From a virus (lineage: Duplodnaviria > Caudoviricetes): a DNA stretch of 53,104 bases. The stretch is from IMG/VR virus record IMGVR_UViG_3300025066_000037, positions 1 through 53,104 of that record; one strand, 5' to 3'. Positions 28,031-33,970 of this stretch are shown here, one piece after another. A program made the position numbers and the translations under genes. Under the pieces are notes generated by a model. The model had not been told where the DNA came from. It saw only the letters and a list, made by a program, of their open reading frames with translations, and did no database searches. Position 1 is the first letter of the stretch; each line of letters begins with the position of its first letter.

Positions 28031-28207
28031 CTAATTGCTATCTCCAGATACGCCCGTGTTCCTAAGAATAACCACGGCCTCCTTGAAAGAATACCCAAAG
28101 GAAAGAAGACTGTCAAGACAATCATCATAAGATATCTTGCCTTTTTCGAATTGAGTTATTGAGTGTTCTATATTTATAACATTCTCAGAAAGTTTCTTCA
28201 TGTTCAT
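28031..28207 (-). CDS. Microprotein (58 aa), paralog of 21292..21465; not in ORF track
   Basis: MNMKKLSENVINIEHSITQFEKGKISYDDCLDSLLSFGYSFKEAVVILRNTGVSGDSN; SD AGGAG upstream. Confidence 0.7.
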   Translation of the reverse strand: MNMKKLSENVINIEHSITQFEKGKISYDDCLDSLLSFGYSFKEAVVILRNTGVSGDSN

Positions 28208-28370
28208 TTATATTCTCTCCTAATACTAAGTTAATAACTTCTTTACTTTCTCCGTTTACTGATACATAAACATGTTTTTGTGTTTCTCCATGTTTGTTAA
28301 TCCATTCATCTAGTGGCATAATAAGAGCATCTTCCTCCATCTCCATCAGCCATCCTTTTACTTTACCCAT
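28185..28370 (-). CDS. Small conserved phage protein (MGKVKGWLMEMEEDA)
   Basis: 61 aa with SD GGGAG. Confidence 0.7.
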   Translation of the reverse strand: MGKVKGWLMEMEEDALIMPLDEWINKHGETQKHVYVSVNGESKEVINLVLGENINEHEETF

Positions 28371-28386
28371 CGTGATCTCCCTTCAT

Positions 28387-28612
28387 TAGAGTAGTGAGAC
28401 AAGAGTATTTTTAGGCACGGCGACTATCGCCTGTGTCTGGTGTCGGGCCACCACTCTTGTCTCTCCCGAATTGAAAGTACAACTACCATCCTGCCTATCG
28501 ATAGTCAAGAGCAAAGATTGTAATTGGTTCAGTACTAAACCAATTACGCCCTTCTCTGCCATTTGTGCAAGGCATTGCAATTACACCCTATAAGCTGTAC
28601 TTTCAAACTCTA
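28387..28612 (-). ncRNA. Candidate structured non-coding RNA (~225 nt, two multibranch domains)
   Basis: Nested inverted repeats at 28387-92/28607-12, 28396-406/28453-63, 28471-84/28593-606 and 28520-29/28538-47, plus inner hairpins. G.U wobbles mostly favour the - strand. Confidence 0.7.
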
Positions 28613-28614
28613 GC

Positions 28615-28944
28615 TTATATATCATCATAACTCTTTTTATCTCCCATGTCATCGCAGTATATCCCCAACTCCTTAACCATCTTCTTGTCGTATTCATCGG
28701 CTATCTCTTTAGCCTCGTCATAATAACCACCGGTATCTATAATATGCCATACTTGTTTTTTATAGTCCCAGCCATACACATTGTAACCTACGCTGTGTCT
28801 ATCTTCGCATGGTATCATAAGTTCTCGCCATTCTCCACTAGGCGGACCCGTATCAGGTACTATGTTAGTTAAATATACATCATTATCATATACCGGCATG
28901 ACAAAAGAGAACTTCGTTACTTTACGAGTTATGTATCTAGGCAT
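28615..28944 (-). CDS. Hypothetical protein
   Basis: 109 aa ORF with SD in a co-directional cluster. Confidence 0.65.
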   Translation of the reverse strand: MPRYITRKVTKFSFVMPVYDNDVYLTNIVPDTGPPSGEWRELMIPCEDRHSVGYNVYGWDYKKQVWHIIDTGGYYDEAKEIADEYDKKMVKELGIYCDDMGDKKSYDDI

Positions 28945-28950
28945 CTTTCC

Positions 28951-29148
28951 CTATCCTTTTTCATATGTTAGTTGTATGTTCCACATGTCCTCTACATCCA
29001 CAGCAACCCATGTATGTACGTCCACATAGTCTTTGTGTTTTACTTTGTTGTACTCTTCAATAGTATCAAAATAAAGTAAAGGCGTATGAAGCCTTTTCCA
29101 TGTCACTGTGTTACCGTCGTGCTTACGGATACTTTTATCTATTTTCAT
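28951..29148 (-). CDS. Hypothetical protein
   Basis: 65 aa ORF with SD AAGGA. Confidence 0.6.
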   Translation of the reverse strand: MKIDKSIRKHDGNTVTWKRLHTPLLYFDTIEEYNKVKHKDYVDVHTWVAVDVEDMWNIQLTYEKG

Positions 29149-29296
29149 TTACTATCGTAGTCCTTTTGTTTATTTCTTCCTGTAGTTTAACTATTTTTTT
29201 GTGAGCATTATTTAATTGCTCTTGAAGGTCATACACATTTCTTTCTAAGATTTCTTTTGTTGTCATGATATTTAAATTATCGTGCGCGTTATTCAT
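29135..29296 (-). CDS. Small coiled-coil protein; not in ORF track
   Basis: MNNAHDNLNIMTTKEILERNVYDLQEQLNNAHKKIVKLQEEINKRTTIVNENR; SD GGAGG. Confidence 0.65.
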   Translation of the reverse strand: MNNAHDNLNIMTTKEILERNVYDLQEQLNNAHKKIVKLQEEINKRTTIVNENR

Positions 29297-29311
29297 CTGT
29301 TCCTCCATGTA

Positions 29312-29476
29312 TCACAGTTTAAGAAAAATTAAAAACAACAGGAGGATAACAACAAATAGCTCTACCGCTAATATTGTGTGATACCAAACCCATCGTCCTT
29401 CGTAAACGCTCTTGATAGTTTTGTTGTGCCATAGCACGTTAAACTTATCAACTGTCCGGTTTTTTAGCGTCTTCAT
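29312..29476 (-). CDS. Small membrane protein; not in ORF track
   Basis: MKTLKNRTVDKFNVLWHNKTIKSVYEGRWVWYHTILAVELFVVILLLFLIFLKL; SD GAGG. Confidence 0.65.
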   Translation of the reverse strand: MKTLKNRTVDKFNVLWHNKTIKSVYEGRWVWYHTILAVELFVVILLLFLIFLKL

Positions 29477-29621
29477 AGTATGCCTCTAAATCCTCGTCTA
29501 TGTCATAATTCTCGTCGTATTTGCTCTTTGCCCTTTTGATCCGCTGCTTATATTTAGGTGTTCGCAAGTCTTTTGCAATGGGGTTGTAGCGCACCCGTTG
29601 CTTCTTACTTTGCTCTTTCAT
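29448..29621 (-). CDS. Small basic/acidic protein with ArfA-like N-terminal motif; not in ORF track
   Basis: MKEQSKKQRVRYNPIAKDLRTPKYKQRIKRAKSKYDENYDIDEDLEAYYEDAKKPDS; SD AAGGA; first gene of the leftward operon. Confidence 0.6.
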   Translation of the reverse strand: MKEQSKKQRVRYNPIAKDLRTPKYKQRIKRAKSKYDENYDIDEDLEAYYEDAKKPDS

Positions 29622-29702
29622 TTTGTTAGCCTGTCCTTTTTGTTAGCATGTTGCTTTTGTTAGCACGGCCCTTTTTGTTAGTCAATCCTTTTTTTTGTTA
29701 GC
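29621..29702. repeat. Five direct repeats TTTTGTTAG(C) (iteron/operator-like)
   Basis: GTTAG cores at 29625, 29642, 29659, 29677 and 29697 (spacing 17, 17, 18, 20). Confidence 0.85.
29657..29685 (-). promoter_or_regulatory. Leftward sigma70-like promoter overlapped by the repeats
   Basis: The - strand reads TTGACT-17 nt-TAACAA with TG at the extended -10 position. Confidence 0.5.
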
Positions 29703-29748
29703 CCATCACTCCATCAAGACGCAAGATTGCTTACGGCCTGTATGTCCT

Positions 29749-29776
29749 ATTATAATGGCTGTTTTGGTGATGTCAA
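29749..29776 (-). promoter_or_regulatory. Leftward consensus sigma70 promoter for the replication arm
   Basis: The - strand reads TTGACA-16 nt-TATAAT. Confidence 0.8.
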
Positions 29777-29790
29777 GCCTTTTCTGAAAA

Positions 29791-29830
29791 TGTGATCGGC
29801 TGTAACACTCTGTAACACTTTGTGACTTGA
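29791..29830. promoter_or_regulatory. 10-bp-phased TGT(A/G)A boxes between divergent promoters
   Basis: tgtgatcggc tgtaacactc tgtaacactt tgtgacttga at 29791, 29801, 29811 and 29821. Confidence 0.55.
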
Positions 29831-29854
29831 CGCCACCTTTCACTGTGTTATTAT
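29827..29854 (+). promoter_or_regulatory. Rightward sigma70-like promoter for the early block
   Basis: TTGACG-16 nt-TATTAT with extended -10 TG. Confidence 0.65.
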
Positions 29855-29885
29855 AAGGCATGGTGAAACTAAACAAACAACAGGA

Positions 29886-30080
29886 ATGCATAACATGACT
29901 AATTGGAGCGGAAATACGCCAACACTTGAAATGAAGATTCATATAGTACAGTTAGGCCACCCTAATTGGGATTATCAATTCTCCGTCCCTCCCGTACATA
30001 CTACAATGTGGAATACATTAAACTGGATTAAATGGATAGACAAAAATGGAAGGTGGATTAAAAAAAGGGTAGCCACATAA
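29886..30080 (+). CDS. Small Trp-rich hypothetical early protein
   Basis: SD AGGA (start probably 29895); TAATG coupling to the next gene. Confidence 0.6.
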   Translation: MHNMTNWSGNTPTLEMKIHIVQLGHPNWDYQFSVPPVHTTMWNTLNWIKWIDKNGRWIKKRVAT

Positions 30081-30802
30081 TGACGTTAAATTGGAGCGGA
30101 AATATATTGTCATATAATAACGCTAAAACAGTGAAGGGGGAAAAGAGCGGCATCCTTACTTCTATCTGGTACGGTGCACCAAATACAACTAGTGGTTATG
30201 ATGCATGCCCTAACAGTTCGCCGGGTTGTCGTGATGTATGTCTATTCTATAGTGGGTTCGGTGCTATGAAGCGTACACAAAATGCGCGCATCCGTAAAAC
30301 AAAGTTATTCTTTGAGAATAGGCGCGACTTTCATAATTTGTTAGCTGGTGACATATCATCGTTCGTATTGTTTAGCAAGAAAATGAATATGCAACCGTGC
30401 TTCAGATTAGATGGGACAACCGATCTAGGATTAGGTAAACGATACGCTAAAAAATACACGGATTTGCAGTTCTATGATTACACAAAATCATTCAACCGCA
30501 TCATGGGTAATTTTGTTAGCAATTGGCATTTAACATATTCGTTATCAGAAAATACAACAAAGGAACAATTGGAAATTTTGTTAGCCTCTACTCATAATAT
30601 TGCTATACCGTTCAGGACCGCGCCACCTCCCGGTTCCGTGCTTTGGGGGCGGCGGGTCGTGAGCGGCGACGAGGATGATTTGAGATTTACAGATCCCGAT
30701 AGCTGTATTGTATCGCTATTGGCTAAAGGACCGGCAAAGCGGCGCGGCGGCGCGTTCGTCCTTGATGATATAAAAGCGGCGGCGGCGCGTTTTAGTGCTT
30801 GA
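30080..30802 (+). CDS. GP88-like phage protein (Cys-triad, radical-SAM-like fold suspected)
   Basis: NAKTVKG, CPNSSPGCRDVCL (Cx6Cx3C), ARIRKTKLF, RLDGTTD, QFYDYTK, HLTYS and GDEDDLRFTD. Confidence 0.75.
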   Translation: MTLNWSGNILSYNNAKTVKGEKSGILTSIWYGAPNTTSGYDACPNSSPGCRDVCLFYSGFGAMKRTQNARIRKTKLFFENRRDFHNLLAGDISSFVLFSKKMNMQPCFRLDGTTDLGLGKRYAKKYTDLQFYDYTKSFNRIMGNFVSNWHLTYSLSENTTKEQLEILLASTHNIAIPFRTAPPPGSVLWGRRVVSGDEDDLRFTDPDSCIVSLLAKGPAKRRGGAFVLDDIKAAAARFSA

Positions 30803-30862
30803 CCGCTTTGATGCGTCCTGTATGCTGTGAAGCCTTGTAACGAGTGAACCTTTGAAAACAAC

Positions 30863-32005
30863 ATGGAAGTGAAAGAGATTATGGTAGACGCAGTTGAGAC
30901 GATGGCGTGGACCGGCGAAGTGCCGTGGCACGGTTTAGGCGTAGAGATTGGCGCGGATGATCCAGCATTGCGGGACATGCCAGCATTCATGGAAAAGGCG
31001 GGGCTTGATTGGGAAGTCCAGAAGGTATCTTTGATGTATGGCGATGACCACCCGTTTACGCCGGGACAGTATATCGAAAATGAGTTTCATTTAATCCGCT
31101 CCAACGATGGTGCACAGCTTTCGGTGCATCCGGTCACAGACGATGGGTACAACGTACGCGACAATGCATCCGCCGTTGATGTATTGCAGCCGTTCATTGA
31201 TAGTGGCGAATTTACGCTGGAGACGGCGGGGTCGCTGTTCAGTGGTCGTAAAGTATGGTTCCTGTGCCGTCTGGGCACCGGCTTCGACGTAGGGCAGGAT
31301 GATCAAGTGGCGAACTTTTTAACGTATACCATCGATCATTCTGGCGTGAATGCGAATACAGCATTCTACACGCCGATCCGTGTGGTCTGCGCTAATACGT
31401 TGCGCTTGGCAACATCGAGCGCGGGTGACATGGTGCGAGATAATCACCGGGCGCTATTCGATGCCGATCTGATGCGCGTTGCGCTGGACTTGGTCCGTAT
31501 GCAGTCAGTAGATTACGAGACGCTGTGCAAGGCAATGATGGCGCGGCGGCTGGATGGTGAAGCAGTGGTGGATTATTTCCGTACTGTATACAAACAGCAG
31601 CCAAAGTCCGACGATGCTGGGCGATTGATTGATAGCGCGACTGTTCGCCGTGCTATTGCGCTTTATCACGGTTCTGATCCACGCAACGAAAAGCAGGAAC
31701 CGGTGCGTGAACAACAACGGCGCAATCAGGAAGTAATCGACGCAATGCGGCGGGGTGCGGAGGATGAAGCAGGCCGCTTATTGAACCAGATCGATGCGCC
31801 GTCTAATGATAACGCCGTCAATCCCGGCTGGGAAAAGGCAGAGGGTACATTGTGGGGTGCGTACAATGTCGTGACGTATATTGCAGATCACGCGCCAATG
31901 CGCTCCTACGCTTCTGATGATCACCGGCTGGACCGTGCATTGTATTCCGGCCAGAATGACATCAAAAGTCGGGCCACCATCGCCGCCGCTGAACTTGTGG
32001 CGTAG
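30863..32005 (+). CDS. DUF932 / TIGR03299-like protein
   Basis: VETMAW.GEVPWHGLG, AGLDWEV, ETAGSLFSGRKVW, TPIRVVCANTL and GTLWGAYNVVT. Confidence 0.88.
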   Translation: MEVKEIMVDAVETMAWTGEVPWHGLGVEIGADDPALRDMPAFMEKAGLDWEVQKVSLMYGDDHPFTPGQYIENEFHLIRSNDGAQLSVHPVTDDGYNVRDNASAVDVLQPFIDSGEFTLETAGSLFSGRKVWFLCRLGTGFDVGQDDQVANFLTYTIDHSGVNANTAFYTPIRVVCANTLRLATSSAGDMVRDNHRALFDADLMRVALDLVRMQSVDYETLCKAMMARRLDGEAVVDYFRTVYKQQPKSDDAGRLIDSATVRRAIALYHGSDPRNEKQEPVREQQRRNQEVIDAMRRGAEDEAGRLLNQIDAPSNDNAVNPGWEKAEGTLWGAYNVVTYIADHAPMRSYASDDHRLDRALYSGQNDIKSRATIAAAELVA

Positions 32006-32008
32006 GCA

Positions 32009-32086
32009 ATGGAGGGCTTTGTATTGTTTGTGTATCGGCTGTGCATCATTGCAGTCGCGGTTATCGTACTATCCTACATATTGTAA
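32009..32086 (+). CDS. Possible 25 aa transmembrane peptide
   Basis: MEGFVLFVYRLCIIAVAVIVLSYIL begins 3 nt after the DUF932 stop; weak SD. Confidence 0.35.
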   Translation: MEGFVLFVYRLCIIAVAVIVLSYIL

Positions 32087-32104
32087 ACCAAACGAAAGAG
32101 AGAG

Positions 32105-32359
32105 ATGAACATGAAGATGAACGAAACAGACGTGAACGACCCCGCCGTTGCGTATTCGGAACCGGAGCAAATCCGCTTACCGGATGGCAACCGGATCTGG
32201 TTCTTCAATCAGTATCGATATAACAGGATGGGCGATAAATATGTCCATACATCGTATTGGTACAAACATGAAGGACATTGCAAACGATGGCACCGGGAAC
32301 GGGAGCGGAAGGAACTTTATAGCGAGATATTCGAAAGGTTCGCGCTATTGGCTGGATAG
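32105..32359 (+). CDS. Hypothetical early protein
   Basis: 84 aa, aromatic-rich, with an A/C-rich leader containing GAGAG. Confidence 0.6.
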   Translation: MNMKMNETDVNDPAVAYSEPEQIRLPDGNRIWFFNQYRYNRMGDKYVHTSYWYKHEGHCKRWHRERERKELYSEIFERFALLAG

Positions 32360-32374
32360 TCCAGCGGGGATGAT

Positions 32375-32420
32375 GGCGGCGGCGATGTATTTGGTATTGC
32401 ATCGTCGCCGCTTCCTGTTT
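32375..32420 (+). terminator. Stem-loop (terminator or processing site) inside early block
   Basis: GGCGGCGGCGATGTA / TGCATCGTCGCCGCT form a 15 bp stem with G.U pairs, followed by TCCTGTTT. Confidence 0.5.
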
Positions 32421-32461
32421 AGGGTGGGTACATCTGAAACGCTGAAAAGAGGAAAATCGCT

Positions 32462-32671
32462 ATGAACAGAGACATTATGAACGCAATCTTTCCAGAGGAA
32501 ATGAAACTGATCATGTCTGGCCGGTGTCCGGTTTGCGCCAAGGCACCATTGCGCGATAAGACGGGCGAACTGGTATTCCGCGATGAACTTAGCCGGGAAG
32601 AATACAATATCAGCAGAATGTGCGAACCGTGCCAAGATGATGTATTCGGCAACCCGGCGGCGGATGATTGA
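32462..32671 (+). CDS. Small zinc-finger protein
   Basis: CPVC...FRDELSREEYNISRMCEPCQDDVF; SD GAGGA. Confidence 0.75.
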   Translation: MNRDIMNAIFPEEMKLIMSGRCPVCAKAPLRDKTGELVFRDELSREEYNISRMCEPCQDDVFGNPAADD

Positions 32672-32730
32672 CAGAATGTCCATATCCATCGATAATGGGC
32701 GAACCACAAACAAACAAAAGGAAACTTGAT

Positions 32731-33012
32731 ATGCTACAGGAAGATGCAACACACAATATTGACACACTAAGTGACTTCATGGCACCTCACAAAGTAGACG
32801 AACCAGCACAAGTTACATGCTTTCGGGAGTGGATTGGCAAGGCGCAACGTGCCATCGATGCCAATGACTACAAACTAGCAAGGACGTTTGTGCGCTTGGC
32901 GCATTCTTCTGCGGAGGCATTCCACGTCAAGGACAATGGCGTCATCGAGGTGCGTACATCAAAGTGGATCGATACCGCATACAGCCAGACAGACCGGCTG
33001 ATCACCTCGTAG
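32731..33012 (+). CDS. Hypothetical early protein
   Basis: Likely start MLQEDA with SD AAGGA (the track gives 32668). Confidence 0.6.
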   Translation: MLQEDATHNIDTLSDFMAPHKVDEPAQVTCFREWIGKAQRAIDANDYKLARTFVRLAHSSAEAFHVKDNGVIEVRTSKWIDTAYSQTDRLITS

Positions 33013-33025
33013 TCTAACCGACAAC

Positions 33026-33070
33026 ATAGCGCCAGCATCTGGGATAGTCCGGTGCTGGCGTTATTTTGTT
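33026..33070 (+). terminator. Rho-independent terminator ending the early block
   Basis: ATAGCGCCAGCATC...GGTGCTGGCGTTAT stem followed by TTTGTT. Confidence 0.8.
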
Positions 33071-33272
33071 GGACAGGTTCGCACGTGCGTGCGCGGGTGC
33101 ACGTGACATGATAAGAGGATACAGGGGGGCCCCCTTATGAGCGGATTTAGAGGGGAGATTATGGGATCAGTATTTGGCAGATTATAAGGGCCGCCGGACT
33201 TTCCAAAATCTATATTATCGGGTTACTTTTGAACCAAGGTGATGCATATTTGCAACATAAAAAAGATATATA

Positions 33273-33285
33273 AATCAATAGGTTA
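33273..33285 (+). promoter_or_regulatory. IHF consensus site
   Basis: AATCAATAGGTTA matches WATCAANNNNTTR and is preceded by an A-tract. Confidence 0.6.
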
Positions 33286-33415
33286 CGGGGCATGGTCCAC
33301 CCGCCCCCCCGTATATGAATATATGCAATACCGCGAGAAAATTTGTATTTTTAAACCGTATGCATGTTATGTGCACACATACAAAAAAAAAAAAAATGAA
33401 CGAACCATCATCTGG

Positions 33416-33490
33416 ATTCGCTCACCCCTATTCAGATTCGCTCATGCTATATATTCATGAGTATTCGCTTATTCTTCCAAGTTCGCTCAT
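33416..33490. repeat. Four TTCGCT(C/T)A boxes
   Basis: At 33417, 33437, 33464 and 33482, directly downstream of the leftward promoter. Confidence 0.7.
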
Positions 33491-33533
33491 TCTATATAGA
33501 GGGGGTATGCACCCCCCGTACCTATAAGTACTT

Positions 33534-33562
33534 ATTATAGGGGTAAATTCACGATTTGTCAA
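33534..33562 (-). promoter_or_regulatory. Leftward consensus sigma70 promoter with no obvious downstream CDS
   Basis: The - strand reads TTGACA-17 nt-TATAAT with an upstream A-tract. Confidence 0.8.
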
Positions 33563-33777
33563 GTCTTTTTTTATTTTTTTTTTAATTGCTCTGTTTTTGA
33601 AATATAACCCGTTGAAATTATTAACAGATTCGACACGATGTAACTTTTACGCCAATAGTGTAATTTTATTGTCTTCCTACCTAACATGCACAAAACTTAC
33701 ATCGTGCTTATTTACCCAATGTTTTCAAGTACTTAATTTTCTATTTTTATTTTTTTCTATTTTTTTAAAAAAAAGAC

Positions 33778-33806
33778 TTGACAAATCCGTATTTTGACCC
33801 TATAAT
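33778..33806 (+). promoter_or_regulatory. Rightward consensus sigma70 promoter for the packaging/morphogenesis arm
   Basis: TTGACA-17 nt-TATAAT with an upstream A-tract. Confidence 0.85.
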
Positions 33807-33970
33807 AGATAAGTAAGGGAAGGATTAAGCGAATACTTGTCGTGTCACGGTAAGCGGAATAATATCCACTTCCTCATCATACTCACAGATATAAACAGAG
33901 AAGTTACGGATATTCACCCGCACCTTATCTTCCTTTTTCATACATACTTTGTAAATTTGAAAGCAATGCT

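Noticed and set aside
28386-28580. 64 aa ORF on the - strand in the ORF track
   Set aside because: TTG start with no clear SD and no recognisable motif. It coincides with a dense nested RNA structure, which explains the region better.
29901-29916. Resemblance of AATTGGAGCGGAAATA to the lac operator (vector contamination)
   Set aside because: Only partial similarity, embedded in phage ORFs, with no other vector sequence.
33649-33691. Protelomerase (hairpin telomere) target at the symmetry axis
   Set aside because: The core is not palindromic, and no protelomerase or tyrosine recombinase gene was recognised.
33239-33797. ORFs 33239..33460, 33315..33527 and 33597..33797
   Set aside because: Low-complexity translations across poly-A/T tracts, promoters and dyads, with no SDs.
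29150-33970. tRNA genes or an attP/integrase module
   Set aside because: No cloverleaf with T-loop GTTCRA and acceptor stem was seen in the intergenic gaps, and no integrase ORF was recognised.
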